Shown here: positions 9,190 through 19,592 of the stretch, one piece after another
Numbering within the stretch: position 1 is the first letter of the stretch
How the letters are laid out: each line of letters opens with the position of its first letter
Virus record (IMG/VR): IMGVR_UViG_2657245143_000002
Location: 24,344-88,343 of that record
Length of the DNA: 64,000 bases
DNA from: a virus
Lineage: Duplodnaviria > Caudoviricetes
Strand: one strand, 5' to 3'
Made by a program: the position numbers and the translations under genes
The notes under the pieces: model-generated
Told to the model about the DNA's origin: nothing
The model's database searches: none
Seen by the model: the letters and a program-made list of their open reading frames with translations, nothing else

Positions 9190-10245
9190 TCACAGCGTCC
9201 TCGCCGCCTGAGTGCCGAGCCGGCACACCAGACCCCAGAGCGTCATGCCATGCCTCGCCGCCAAGTTCTCCATGCGCCACTCAAGCTCCGCGTCGTCCCT
9301 CACGCCGCTCTTCGTTGACTGGTCGGCCAGATACATCTTGGCGACGGTCTCCCTGTCGTCGTCCTCCGGCAGCGCGGCCATGAGGTAGCGCAGCGTCCCG
9401 CCGTCGATGGTGTCGGTGAGCTTGGCGAGCATCAGCGCCGTCGCGCGTTCCTCTCCCATCGTCGCGTCCAGCCCGGTCTCGTAGTCGTTGGAGTCAACGA
9501 ACCTGTCGAGTGACCGGTGCCAGTAGCCCGCCTCGCGCAGGTCGTCGGCGGTCACGCGACCCAGAGACAGGAGCTCGCGGCGCTCGCGTCCCATCGGCCT
9601 CGGCACGACGATGTTCGAGTAGCCGTCGAGCAGCGAGCGCGGCGACTCCTTGGATTCCTTGGTCTCGTCAAGCAGGTTGCCGCCGTCCTCGGTGTCGTAC
9701 TTGGAGATCGGCTCGTCCAGACTGCGCAGCGTGCGGGAAGCCACCGAGCGGGTGATGGCCTTGGAGATGCCACGGCACCACGCGCTCACGCTGGTTCCGT
9801 TGAGTGGCTTCCAGAACGAGTTGCCCTTCCACTGCGACACCTTGCTGTCGCCGGTCGAGATGCACAGCACCTTCTCGATGACGCGGCCCTTGACGGCGGG
9901 GACGACGGTGTGCCAGCCGTTCGGCACCCTGCTCGCCACGGTTTCCTCGATCAGTCCGAACGAGTCGAGGAGACCGGCGACCAGCTTGCGTTTCTCCGAG
10001 CCGGGCCGCAGGTCGTCGTCGGTCCATGTGAACGAGGCGACGAACCGGTCGAGCTCCCTCGTGTCCTCGAACGGCACATGCCTCGGCCTCTCCGTCGAGT
10101 GGCGTGTGCCGTCCTCGCCTTGGACCCTGAGCATGGCCTTCCTGACGATCTCGGCGTACTGCCGTGTCTTGCCAAGCTCCTTGGCGCTCAGCCCGGCGGG
10201 TATGTCCGGGTCCCGTTCGATGATCGTGTTCCTGTGGTTAGCCAT
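9190..10245 (-). CDS. Divergent sigma70-like protein (putative)
   Basis: FWKPLNGTSVSAWCRGISKAITRSVA resembles region 2.3-2.4 (FDP..G..FSTYA.WWIRQAITRAIA); RSLDEPI...DGGNLLD resembles region 3.2. Confidence 0.5.
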   Translation of the reverse strand: MANHRNTIIERDPDIPAGLSAKELGKTRQYAEIVRKAMLRVQGEDGTRHSTERPRHVPFEDTRELDRFVASFTWTDDDLRPGSEKRKLVAGLLDSFGLIEETVASRVPNGWHTVVPAVKGRVIEKVLCISTGDSKVSQWKGNSFWKPLNGTSVSAWCRGISKAITRSVASRTLRSLDEPISKYDTEDGGNLLDETKESKESPRSLLDGYSNIVVPRPMGRERRELLSLGRVTADDLREAGYWHRSLDRFVDSNDYETGLDATMGEERATALMLAKLTDTIDGGTLRYLMAALPEDDDRETVAKMYLADQSTKSGVRDDAELEWRMENLAARHGMTLWGLVCRLGTQAARTL

Positions 10246-10301
10246 CGCGCACCAGCCTTTCGTCTCCGAAATTTCACGCGCGGCATGGTGCGGATTCCGG
10301 T

Positions 10302-11120
10302 TCAGATGCCGAGCGTGTTCAGCGCCCTCAGCGCGTCGTCCGCGAACCGTTCGGGGCAGCCGGTCGGCGGCTTCGCGGTGGGGTCCTTCCTTCGGCGTTC
10401 GCGCCAAGCCTTGAACGCCTCGGATTGGGCCGCGATGGCCTCGACCGTCGGCGCGTTCCTCGGGCCGATGGCGTCCTCCGGTCCGATGCGGACCACACCC
10501 ACGGAAGGCTTCCGCCCCTTGACGGGTTCGCCGGTGGCCCAGCGCCATGCGAGGCCGTAGGCGGTCGTTCCCTTCTTGATCGCCCTGCTGATTCCGCTCG
10601 CCGCCGCGCAGGGCCGGCCTTCCTCCCTCAGTGTTTCGACCGCCTCGGCCATGCAACGGTAACGGCGGACGACGCCCTCGCGCGAGACGGACTCGACCGC
10701 GCCCTTGGTGGTCGGTCCGGTCGTCCACACCGTGTTCGACCTCGACCAGCGGGAGCCGGGGTCGAGCCTCGCAAGCCTCGCGTCGTCCGAGTAGCCGTGC
10801 CGGTATGCGTCGTCGCGGAACGAGTCGAAGGACAGCCAGCGCTCCTCGATGCCCTTCGGCTCGTGCAGCAGCCTGCGCCACAGCCGGTGCAGCCGGTCGC
10901 CCGACATGTTCGACTCGCCGCCCTGCGACCTGTGCGCGATGCGGTCGCCGCAGGTCCTCCTGCGCCCGGCGCGGAGTTCGCTCGCGGTCGCACGGCAGGT
11001 TCCGCCGCAGTCGCACCAGAGCACGTACTTCCTGCGGTCGGGGTCCCAGCCATGCACGGTCAGGGTGCCGAAGCGCTCGCCGTCCCTCAGTGGTCTTCCG
11101 CTTGGCCTTCCGTCGTCCAT
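10302..11120 (-). CDS. Phage-type degenerate HNH homing-endonuclease-like protein with NUMOD1-like domain
   Basis: GERFGTLTV..WCDCG..SELRAG..TCG, ERWLSFDSF..LARLDP..WSRSNTVW, C-terminal MAEAV..ISRAIK..TAYGLAWRW. Confidence 0.6.
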   Translation of the reverse strand: MDDGRPSGRPLRDGERFGTLTVHGWDPDRRKYVLWCDCGGTCRATASELRAGRRRTCGDRIAHRSQGGESNMSGDRLHRLWRRLLHEPKGIEERWLSFDSFRDDAYRHGYSDDARLARLDPGSRWSRSNTVWTTGPTTKGAVESVSREGVVRRYRCMAEAVETLREEGRPCAAASGISRAIKKGTTAYGLAWRWATGEPVKGRKPSVGVVRIGPEDAIGPRNAPTVEAIAAQSEAFKAWRERRRKDPTAKPPTGCPERFADDALRALNTLGI

Positions 11121-11207
11121 GCCATCGCCTTTCGTGAGTCGTTTTGAATCGTCCGTTAACACGGGCTGTGCGCGGCATGGCGCGGAAAGGCACAGCCTCA
11201 TCTGACA

Positions 11208-13583
11208 ATGCTTCGATTGAAAGGCGGTGCGCCGTTGCGTTGGTTCACCTTTGACAGGACGCCGGGCGAGAAGATGGACCCGGACGAGTTTCAGAACAGG
11301 GCGTTGCAGGCCGCGACGCTCGCGGGCTTGGTCGATTCGCCGTCGCCGGGGGAGTGGCTGCGCAACATCAACGTCCCCGCGATGATGGTCGTGGCGGAGC
11401 GCCATGACGGCTCGGACAGGCTGCTGGTCTGCTTCCCGCAGTGCGAGGGCGACGAGGCGCTTGAGACGAGGACTGCCCGCGAGCTTGGGGGCGCGGTGCA
11501 GGGCGTGCCGCGCGAGACCGAGCCGCCGTCGAGCATCGGGCGCGGCGACCTGCGGGTCGTCCACAGCCACGTCAAGCGCAACGCCCGATTGTCGCGGGCG
11601 AGTCAGGACGGCGCGGACGTCACCAAGCTGACCGCGCCGGAGGACGGCTTCGTGTGCCTCACCGCGCGTCGTCTGGGCCGTTGGGAGACCGAGCGCGTGA
11701 GGTCTTGGGTCAGCGACGAGACGAACTCGCAGGCCGACGGCAACAAGCTGCGCAAGCCGGGCGTCGCCGCGGTGAGGGTCACGGCGGGCTCGCCGTCCTT
11801 GGCCGACGCCCGCACCGCATGCCAGCAGGGCATGGCGTCGCTGCGCACCGGGCTCGACCACACCGTGTCGTGGAAGTCGCGGCCCGGACTGGGGCTCGTG
11901 CTTCTGTCGGGAGCGCTTTTCACCGCCGTGTTGACGGCATGGCTCATCTACGATCTTCCCATCTGGCCGGCGTTCCCGCTGCTGGCGCTGCTGGTCTACT
12001 CCGTCCTCCGTCTCCTGCGGCTGCGCTCCGACCTGCCCGGCCACGAGATGTTCCGCACGCCACGCCACTACTGGTGGGCCGCGAGGAAGCGCACGGCGGA
12101 CAGCGACGACTTCAAGTCGAGGTTCGGCGGCGACGACCGGGACGAGGGCGCACCGGGCCGCAGGCTGGTGCGGGCGTATGCGTTGCAGCGTTCGAGCCTG
12201 CCGGTGCCGCCGGGAACCTTGGCGGCGCTGTGCGCACCGGAGAGGGGCAAGGCCATGAGCAAATCCGGCGCGACGTTCGCCGCCGACGGCTTCCGTGATG
12301 CCGACGGTCCCCTGATCGGCTACGACGCGGCGAACAACCCGGTGCGATTGAGGAGGGATACGCTCTACGGCGGCGTGGCGATAGTGGGCGAGGCCGGAAG
12401 CGGCAAGACGAACCTGACCGACCTGCTCCAGTCTTGGCTCTGGTCGCACGAGGAGGACAACCAGATGCTCAGCTTCGAGGTGAAGACCGCGAACCGCGTG
12501 CCGCTGCTGAGGGAGCTGTCGCACGGCAGGCTGAAGGTCATAGACATGATGGGCCTGCCGGACGAGCCGGTCATCGACATGCTCGGCCCCGGCGACATCG
12601 AGACGCGGGCGCAGCGATTCGCGGATTTGGTTCGCTTCGCCTATCCGGCGGGTTCCGTCATGGGCGCTTCGCTCGCCCAGTTGCATGACGCGGCGCTTGT
12701 CGGCCAGTGGTTCGTCGCCCAGCCGAAGGCCCGCGAATACGCCGCCAAGGTCGGCATCACGCTCGACGCAGGCGACGGCTGGCTGACCATCGCGCACATC
12801 GTGCTGCTCGGACGCGGCGTGCAGCAGGCGACGATGCTCCTCAAGGCGTCCGACGCCCTGCGGCCGCCGGCGGAGATTCGGGACGCCTACGCCCGTCTTC
12901 TTGGCGAGCGCCGTGGCACCGGCAAGCTGGCGATGTCGGACACGCAGTTGATGAACAAGCTCTCCGCTCCGCTGAACAAGGTGAGCGATCTTCTCAAGGC
13001 ATCGCCCGTGTTCGACGTGAGGCGTCCGAAGGTCACTTGGGACTTTGTGCTCCAGCGTCGCCTCGACATCGCCATCGTGCTGTCCGTCTCGACCCGTGGC
13101 GTTTCCATGCCGGCAGGACTGCCGGACATCCTCGGCCCGATGCTGCTCAAGTCTCTGAGGGAGTCCGTCGAGCGGGTCTGCGGTGGCTGGCAGCGCGATG
13201 GCAGGTCGCTGACCGTGGTGTGCGACGAGCTGTCCATGCTCTCCGCCGACGATGGCTCCGTGGTCGCTTGGATGCGCGAGAAGGGCCGAGAGTTCGGCGT
13301 GGAATGCCTGTTCGCCACTCAGAATCCACGCCAGCTCAACGACGAGGTGCGCAACAGCTTCCTCGGCTACATGACCGTGGCGAGCTTCCTGATCGGCAAC
13401 CCGCAGATTTCCGACGAGGTTGCCGCCGTCCTCGATGACGGCACCGGCGAGTGGACGGGCGCTCGCGTGAGGTCGATAGCCAAGTACCATGTCGCGCTGA
13501 AGACGCGCGGCAAGGACGGCCCGCTGCCGACCGCCGTGGTCAGGGTTCCGTTGGCGAAGTCGAAGTCGGGCCTTACGGCGTGA
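11208..13583 (+). CDS. VirD4/TraD-like type IV coupling ATPase
   Basis: Two TM segments, Walker A GEAGSGKT, Walker B VVCDE, KGREFG..LFATQ. Confidence 0.7.
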   Translation: MLRLKGGAPLRWFTFDRTPGEKMDPDEFQNRALQAATLAGLVDSPSPGEWLRNINVPAMMVVAERHDGSDRLLVCFPQCEGDEALETRTARELGGAVQGVPRETEPPSSIGRGDLRVVHSHVKRNARLSRASQDGADVTKLTAPEDGFVCLTARRLGRWETERVRSWVSDETNSQADGNKLRKPGVAAVRVTAGSPSLADARTACQQGMASLRTGLDHTVSWKSRPGLGLVLLSGALFTAVLTAWLIYDLPIWPAFPLLALLVYSVLRLLRLRSDLPGHEMFRTPRHYWWAARKRTADSDDFKSRFGGDDRDEGAPGRRLVRAYALQRSSLPVPPGTLAALCAPERGKAMSKSGATFAADGFRDADGPLIGYDAANNPVRLRRDTLYGGVAIVGEAGSGKTNLTDLLQSWLWSHEEDNQMLSFEVKTANRVPLLRELSHGRLKVIDMMGLPDEPVIDMLGPGDIETRAQRFADLVRFAYPAGSVMGASLAQLHDAALVGQWFVAQPKAREYAAKVGITLDAGDGWLTIAHIVLLGRGVQQATMLLKASDALRPPAEIRDAYARLLGERRGTGKLAMSDTQLMNKLSAPLNKVSDLLKASPVFDVRRPKVTWDFVLQRRLDIAIVLSVSTRGVSMPAGLPDILGPMLLKSLRESVERVCGGWQRDGRSLTVVCDELSMLSADDGSVVAWMREKGREFGVECLFATQNPRQLNDEVRNSFLGYMTVASFLIGNPQISDEVAAVLDDGTGEWTGARVRSIAKYHVALKTRGKDGPLPTAVVRVPLAKSKSGLTA

Positions 13584-13616
13584 GCTCCGTTCGATAGGGC
13601 GTTAACAATCATCAAC

Positions 13617-13649
13617 GAAGCCCACGGCCTGTGAAAGGTCGTGGGCTTC
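13617..13649. terminator. Intrinsic terminator between convergent genes
   Basis: GAAGCCCACGGCCT/AGGTCGTGGGCTTC stem. Confidence 0.6.
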
Positions 13650-13656
13650 TCTTGTC

Positions 13657-14301
13657 TCAGTGTTGCTTCCGGCTCTTCGAGATTCTGCGGACCCTTTCGG
13701 TCATCGCAGCCATACCGGTTCCGCCGATGTCCAGATCGGCCATCTCCATGAGCAGTTCGGCGGGCGTGCTCCCGTTGCCGATGACGGCTTGGCGCACGTC
13801 CGCGTCCCTGTCCATCGAAAGCGCCCTCAGCGACCTGACCGGGGTGGAGGGGTGTCCCGCCACCGCCTCCCTGATGTCCGAGCGGTCGTCCCTCGCCAGT
13901 TCGGCCAGCCGCTCGGCGGGCAGACGCGGGTTGCGGGCGGCGCGGAGCCGCACAAGCGGGCTGGCGTCGCCCCCTAGACGGTCCAGCGTCTCGACGGGTG
14001 TGCGCATGTTGTCGGCCACGGCCCAGCGCACCTGCGGTTCGGTGTCCTCGGCCAGCCGGACCAGCATCTCGTTGGGGGTGCGGATGTTCCCCGCCACGGC
14101 CCATCGCACCGCCGGGTCGGTGTCGTGCGCGAGCTTCGTCAGCACTTCGGTGGCCGTGCGTGGATTCAGGGCCACCAGCCCCCTGACGCCGCCCGCGCCT
14201 TCGTCGGCCAGCGCCGCCAGCAGCTCCGGGTCGGTCGTCCCCTCACCCGCCAGAGTCTCAAGTTGCTCCTCGGTCAGGTTCCTCAGTTTCTCATTAACCA
14301 T
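13657..14301 (-). CDS. Leucine-rich-repeat-variant (LRV/HEAT-like) repeat protein
   Basis: About 7 copies of L..LA.D....VR.AVA.N..TP. Confidence 0.8.
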   Translation of the reverse strand: MVNEKLRNLTEEQLETLAGEGTTDPELLAALADEGAGGVRGLVALNPRTATEVLTKLAHDTDPAVRWAVAGNIRTPNEMLVRLAEDTEPQVRWAVADNMRTPVETLDRLGGDASPLVRLRAARNPRLPAERLAELARDDRSDIREAVAGHPSTPVRSLRALSMDRDADVRQAVIGNGSTPAELLMEMADLDIGGTGMAAMTERVRRISKSRKQH

Positions 14302-14419
14302 GTCGGCCTCCTAGATCGTACGGGTGCGGCATGGCGCGGATTTCCGTGACCGGTCTTGGCGGGCGTGCTAACAACCGGCACTAGACTGGAGGAAACCCGA
14401 CGAGGACGAGGGGAGCATC

Positions 14420-15369
14420 ATGGGACTGCTTGATTCACTGAGGGGCTTGCTTGGTCGTGGAGCCGCCGCACCGGAAAGCAACCGACCGACGAACATCGAC
14501 CCTTGGCGAACACCTGCGAGCGCGGGCGGTGGAAACCCGTCCCTGAGCGTCACGCTGCGGCTGCCGGACTGCGTGCAGCTCAGCGGCACCACGACGACCT
14601 GCAAGGACGCCATGCTGGGATTCGCCCGGCGTCACGGCATCGACCGGCGGGGCGGTTGCCGCGAGACCGTGGGCCGGCTCCGGCACGAATCGGACAACCC
14701 CAAGAGCGACAAGGCCATCGCCGTGGTGGTCGAGGGTGAGCGCGTCGGCTATCTTCCGGGCGCGTACTTAGAGGGCTTCCGTCTGATCGAGGGTGCCGCC
14801 AAGGAGGTGCCCGTGCAAATCTTCACGGCCCTGCTCCCGAAGGCCTCCGCTGCGAGGCGTGGGTCTGGCTGGGCGACGGGACGCCTGAGTGGCTGTGGTC
14901 GGAGACGAACCATCCGCCCATGTCTCCGCAGGAGAAGGCGGCGGCCAACCACCGGGACAACGTGGAGCTCGTGCGCGAGGGTCTGGCCGAGGGCGGCGGA
15001 CGCGCCGAGGAGTTCAGGCGCGGCACGGTCAACGGCGTGCATTATCTGGAGACGGTCGAACCGATCAAGCAGCTCAAGCGCGAGGGCAGGCTGGACGAGG
15101 CGTTGGCGCTGTGCATGCAATCGGTGCAGGCCGCCGAGAACGAGGCGGTCGCGGAGCGGGCCGAGGGCTTGGGGCGCGAGCCTGCGCCGTGGTACACGGA
15201 GCAGGCGGCCATCGTGCTGCGCAAGCTTGGTCGGCTTGACGAGGAGGAGGCACTGCTGCGCCGGTATCTCGACCATGTGCCGCCGGAGAGCATGGGCAAC
15301 ACCGGGCCGAGGGACATCAGGGAGAGGCTTGACAAGCTGGTGGCGAAGCGGGCGAAGGCCGGCAAGTGA
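14420..15369 (+). CDS. HIRAN-like domain protein with TPR-like C-terminus, frameshift near 14842
   Basis: LRHESDNPKSDKAIAVVVEGERVGYLP (HIRAN-like); adding one G at about 14842 joins it to ORF 14920-15369. Confidence 0.6.
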
Positions 15370-15533
15370 GCGACCTTCGACCGGGTGTTAGCAGCGGGCC
15401 GCATGCGACGGCGGGATGCTGCGGCGCATGCGGCCCGATCATGCGCTCAGCGTGGACGCGGTGGCGGAGCTGCTGAGGCGGTGGATATACAACGGCTCGC
15501 TGCCCCAACGCTGGGGCTTGGTCCGAAAGTGAA

Positions 15534-16889
15534 TCATGACTTCTTCCACAAATCTCTCGGCACCTTTGTCAGGAAGAGATGGTGCGGGTTTACGCAGAGC
15601 GCCTGACCGCATGTGTGGCCTATAAACCAGTACCTAGGGACAGACCCTTTGAAAAGCTCATAGGCATACAGGACAACAGGCCTGACCACACCGCGACGAA
15701 CTTGCAGAGAACCCCGCAACCTGCCTTTCTCATAGTGGCTCGCGCCCTGCCAAATCCAGCAGCCTCTCGGCCCGGCGGTCTTGGCGGCAAGCCTCCTAAA
15801 CCTAGCCTCCACGGTCTCGTCGCTCGGCACTTCGTAGTGAAGGCACAATGGGTCGCGCTCCAAGTGGAAGTCATTGATCGGCTCCATCGGGCCGCGTCGC
15901 ATCAATGACAGGGGTTCCTTGCGGTAACGGACGAGCAGGCGCTCGCACTCCGCTGCGGTCGGCGTCGTGCGGACCATTGGCGAGGCATAGAGGTCGTGCA
16001 TGGCCTTCAGCGATTGTCTCAAGACTTCGAGCACAGGTTCATCCTCCGCCTTCTGAAGCGCGACTGCGGCGGCAAACTCGTTGTCGTCCGAGTCGGGCTG
16101 ATACTTGTGGCGCATGTAGCAGGCGATCTGCTCGGCGTGGGGTAGCTCGGGGAGAAGGTACCGGTGGGTCGAATAGTGGTTCTCTCCAGAGGCATACACT
16201 TTGACGCGGATGTAAACACCATCCGAGGCATATCCACGCTGCTTCTTCGAGATGGTGATGTTTCGCAGCCCGAAGGAAGACCTTTTGCTGGTCGGCACCC
16301 TGTTCTGTGAATTTCCGGTTTTGCTCACGAGGCGCAGATGGTCGGGTTTCACGCACAGCGTGCGGTGGCAGATGTGGTCAACATACATACCTCGCGGAAT
16401 GGGACCGACGAAAGTCTCGTAGGCAAAGCGATGGGCAGGTGTATTGCGCTGGCCTTTCAACCAGAAGTACCCGTAAGGTAGACCGCGCCTTCTACTGCCT
16501 TCATCCGTGTACCCACGCCACAGCCAGCAGCCATCGTCTCCGGGGCACTTCTCCACGAAACGCATGAAACGTTCCTTGGGGTCCTTGGTCTGTCGCAGGC
16601 TTTGGTGCTCCGGCTCGATGCAACAGGGGTTATCCGGGCAACCCAACAAAGGCACGCCCTTCGGTTTCGGCCCGTTTTCGATCTCCCAGAGCGTGTGACG
16701 GATGTCCACCAGCGTCTTCACACCCTTGATTTCCTTGGTGCATAAGGGGCCATGTGGCTGCTTCCTCCCGTCGAGGTACAGAAGATGGCTCCCGCTTCGC
16801 ACAAGATTCAGGTCCTTGCAAAGCTCCTTGGCTTGCAGGCTGGTCAGCCCCAGTGTGAGGGCACCTTTTCCACTTTTCTTTATAGCCAT
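15534..16889 (-). CDS. Multi-domain HNH (HNH_3-type) homing endonuclease-like protein
   Basis: CWLWRG..AHRFAY..DHICHRTLCVKPDHL..N and two further HNH-like units; lower GC than flanks. Confidence 0.8.
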   Translation of the reverse strand: MAIKKSGKGALTLGLTSLQAKELCKDLNLVRSGSHLLYLDGRKQPHGPLCTKEIKGVKTLVDIRHTLWEIENGPKPKGVPLLGCPDNPCCIEPEHQSLRQTKDPKERFMRFVEKCPGDDGCWLWRGYTDEGSRRRGLPYGYFWLKGQRNTPAHRFAYETFVGPIPRGMYVDHICHRTLCVKPDHLRLVSKTGNSQNRVPTSKRSSFGLRNITISKKQRGYASDGVYIRVKVYASGENHYSTHRYLLPELPHAEQIACYMRHKYQPDSDDNEFAAAVALQKAEDEPVLEVLRQSLKAMHDLYASPMVRTTPTAAECERLLVRYRKEPLSLMRRGPMEPINDFHLERDPLCLHYEVPSDETVEARFRRLAAKTAGPRGCWIWQGASHYEKGRLRGSLQVRRGVVRPVVLYAYELFKGSVPRYWFIGHTCGQALCVNPHHLFLTKVPRDLWKKS

Positions 16890-16940
16890 GCAACGTTCCT
16901 TCGGTTGTTGTCCGAAAGAGCCTGTGCAGCCAGCAAAAAA

Positions 16941-16967
16941 TTGAAGACCCCTCTAAGGGGTCTTCAA
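16941..16967. terminator. Terminator hairpin after lysozyme-CHAP gene
   Basis: TTGAAGACCCCT/AGGGGTCTTCAA stem with T-tract on the minus strand. Confidence 0.65.
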
Positions 16968-16974
16968 CGGTGAG

Positions 16975-18339
16975 CTACTTCTTCCATGCCTTGTTCGAGA
17001 TGAAGGGCTTCTTTCCATCCGCCAGTTGCTTGGAAAGCTGGGAGGCGGTGAGCCACCTGCCGTTGTAGCCCGCCCATCGTCCGTCGGAGTGGTAGTTGCC
17101 CTCACTGATTCGTATGCGCCAGCCGCCGTACTGCGCGCCCTCCTGCACCTCCTCCACATACGCGATGTGGCCCGGCGAGCAACCTCCGAAGGGGCCACAG
17201 TATGAGGAGATCAGATCACCGGCGTGCGGGGTCGAGCTGACGTTCCATGCGGGGTCGCCGGCGGCGCACTCGGCTATGTGTCCTCCGCTGCCGCATGGGT
17301 CACCGGTGATTGGCGTCCAGCCTTTGTCGCCGTAGACGAGATAGGCACGCAGCCATGCGTAAAGAACACACTGCCAGCGATATTGGCTCGACACGCCTGC
17401 GAACCCACCATTACCGCCCACGAGCTGCGTCGTCCCCTCGATACAGATGTCGCGCTTGTACTTGTCCTCCAACGCCTTGCAGAGCCAGCCGAAGTCACCT
17501 TCCCCGACCGGGGCGTCGCCTATGCCTTCGCCTCCATTTGTCTGGCCGCTGTCCTCGCTCTTGCACCCCGCCTGCACCACCCCGCCATCAGTGGAGCCTT
17601 CCGTTCCGCCGTCGGTGCCGGCACCCGCGTCCTTGTCCGCCGTCGGGCTGGTCTGGAAGCTGATGCCGTCGAGTTTGTTCCGGTACCAGTCCACGGCGGT
17701 CTGGATGCGGAGCTCCTTGTTGCTCTTCGCCCAGTCGGGGCGCTCCCAGCCGGCCATCCATGCGAACGCCGCCGCCTGCGGCGAGGTGGCGTTGTACCAA
17801 GACTTGTAGAGGTCTCCGCCGATCACCCAGTCGGGATGCTCGGACTGCACGTTGCCGAGGTAATGGTTGTTGAAGTCGCCCTTGGCGTAGTGAATGAGCA
17901 CCTTCACCTGCGTGTCGATGCTGTCCATGTTCTCACCGCCGATGCCCATTCCGTCCATCTTGGCTTGGAGCTTGCTCTTCGGCGTCCACTGCGCTATTCC
18001 GTAGCCGGAGCCGCCGACCTCGCCCCTCGTCGGATTGATGCCCGACTCCGCCACGAGGTTGGCTACCACGCCCGCCGCGCTCTCCTTCGTGTACCCGGCG
18101 TCCGCGAACGCCTGCGCGACCTTCAGGCCGTTGGCGAGCTGGCCGGAGCCGGTGGTCCCCGCCGAATCGGTCTCCGTGGTGTCGGCCACGGTCTTGGTGC
18201 ATGCGCTCGGAGAGTCGTCCGCTGCGTCGTCGTCCCCGCCCATCGAGGAGAGCATCGCCACGACCATGAGCATGGGCAGCGCCACGACCATGAGCGGGGC
18301 CAGCAGGCCCGCCGTCCAGAAAAGTGCCTTTCGTCTCAT
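16975..18339 (-). CDS. VirB1-like peptidoglycan hydrolase (phage tail-type lysozyme + CHAP)
   Basis: N-terminal TM; AAGVVANLVAESGINP..GYGIAQWT..WERP; WQCVLYAW..PHAGD..GHIAYVEEV..ISEGNY. Confidence 0.85.
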   Translation of the reverse strand: MRRKALFWTAGLLAPLMVVALPMLMVVAMLSSMGGDDDAADDSPSACTKTVADTTETDSAGTTGSGQLANGLKVAQAFADAGYTKESAAGVVANLVAESGINPTRGEVGGSGYGIAQWTPKSKLQAKMDGMGIGGENMDSIDTQVKVLIHYAKGDFNNHYLGNVQSEHPDWVIGGDLYKSWYNATSPQAAAFAWMAGWERPDWAKSNKELRIQTAVDWYRNKLDGISFQTSPTADKDAGAGTDGGTEGSTDGGVVQAGCKSEDSGQTNGGEGIGDAPVGEGDFGWLCKALEDKYKRDICIEGTTQLVGGNGGFAGVSSQYRWQCVLYAWLRAYLVYGDKGWTPITGDPCGSGGHIAECAAGDPAWNVSSTPHAGDLISSYCGPFGGCSPGHIAYVEEVQEGAQYGGWRIRISEGNYHSDGRWAGYNGRWLTASQLSKQLADGKKPFISNKAWKK

Positions 18340-18439
18340 GCCCTTGGCTGTCCGGCGACGCCGCCGTGCCAAGCCGCCGTCAAACCCTGCGGCATGCCCC
18401 AGCCGGAGGCGTCGAGTCCGTATGCGGCGGCCGCCTGCA

Positions 18440-19405
18440 TCAGGCGTCCCTGCCGGGGTCGGTGGGTGCCTTCCATGTCGGTCCGGGCTGCGCCTTCGCG
18501 GTGAGCACGTCGAACGTTTCGCCGTTGGGGTAGTGGCATCTGCCGATCTGGCCGTCGGGGCCGAACCAGTCCTCCCAGAGCGCGACCGGCTGGGCGGTGT
18601 CCGCCGCCTTGAACGCGGAGCGCATCTTGGATTCGAGCATCCTCTGGCCCTTGTCGCCCCTTCCGGCGAGCAGCCACACGACCTGCGTCCTCGCATAGGG
18701 ATGCTTGTCCATGTGGCTTTGCCAGCGTGACACCTTGCCCGCGAGGAACGAGCCGGAGGCGGTCAGCTCGATGCACACCCGGAAGCCGTCGGGCCGCACC
18801 AGCGTGACGTCGGGCGAGCCGGAGCCGTCGATGGAATCGTCGTCGTAGAGCAGGTCGAAGCGGGACCAGCCCTCGCCCACGAGCGACCAGCCCAAGTCGA
18901 GGAACGGCAGCGCCGCCTCGACGGTGAGCAGGTTGTGGCGGTCGTACTGGCGCTGCGAGCGCAGCGCCCTCGACGCGGAGAGGGCCGACACCTGAACGGG
19001 GTTCATGCCGAGGTCGAGGAGCTTCTGCGCGATGTCATCGACCGGGAGGCGCAGGGCCATCCAGTCGGCGGACATCGGGTTGTTGTTCGGCCTGCCGTCG
19101 AACGTCATGGGGAAGCCTAGGTCGATCAGTCCGAGCGCGGCGAGGGAGCGGTAGAGCATGACCGCTGGCTTGTCGGGTGTTCCGGGTGCGAGACGGTTGA
19201 GCTGCTTCGTCTCCAGCGTCCTGAACGAGTGGACGAGGCCGATGACCTCGGCCACCCGGTCGAGCTGCCTCGTGACGCAGTTGGTCGCCTCGTCCCGTCC
19301 GGGGAGCCATGCGGGTCTGCGGCCCGCGAGCGCCATGCCGTTGCTGTCGTACCATGACAGCGCCGCGCCCGACAGCCACCATTCGTATCCGAAGAAATCG
19401 GTCAT
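18440..19405 (-). CDS. Replication-relaxation (Replic_Relax)-family protein, putative relaxase
   Basis: wHTH-like start (FRTLETKQL), QYDRHNLL, SPDVTLV..CIEL PD-(D/E)xK core; next to the VirB1-like gene. Confidence 0.6.
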   Translation of the reverse strand: MTDFFGYEWWLSGAALSWYDSNGMALAGRRPAWLPGRDEATNCVTRQLDRVAEVIGLVHSFRTLETKQLNRLAPGTPDKPAVMLYRSLAALGLIDLGFPMTFDGRPNNNPMSADWMALRLPVDDIAQKLLDLGMNPVQVSALSASRALRSQRQYDRHNLLTVEAALPFLDLGWSLVGEGWSRFDLLYDDDSIDGSGSPDVTLVRPDGFRVCIELTASGSFLAGKVSRWQSHMDKHPYARTQVVWLLAGRGDKGQRMLESKMRSAFKAADTAQPVALWEDWFGPDGQIGRCHYPNGETFDVLTAKAQPGPTWKAPTDPGRDA

Positions 19406-19592
19406 GCCTGTGCCTTCCGTCGCCTTTCGCTTGCTGCGGTTGGCTGTCCGCTCTCCGGGGCGTCCGCCGGGTCATGGGAATGCTCTCGTATTTTCGGTTT
19501 TAATCGACGCAGGGTGGTCGGTTGGTCGTCCCGGATAAAGGAAAAACCACCCGGAAAATCGGAGTTTCCGGGTGGCCTTCGTCGTTTTCGGC

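Noticed and set aside
11060-11120. MDDGRPSGRPLRDGERFG as another copy of the N-terminal tag
   Set aside because: GERFGTLTV is the usual start of this phage HNH-associated family and it lacks the downstream VxDL
10302-13490. Very long antisense ORFs (e.g. 10302-13490, 27019-31212, 48013-50193, 49823-52210)
   Set aside because: Shadow frames of high-GC genes or tRNAs; only the portions with an RBS and recognisable motifs were kept
16975-18339. Phage tail lysozyme as evidence of a prophage
   Set aside because: TM-lysozyme-CHAP architecture next to a relaxase-like gene fits a conjugative VirB1; no virion genes seen
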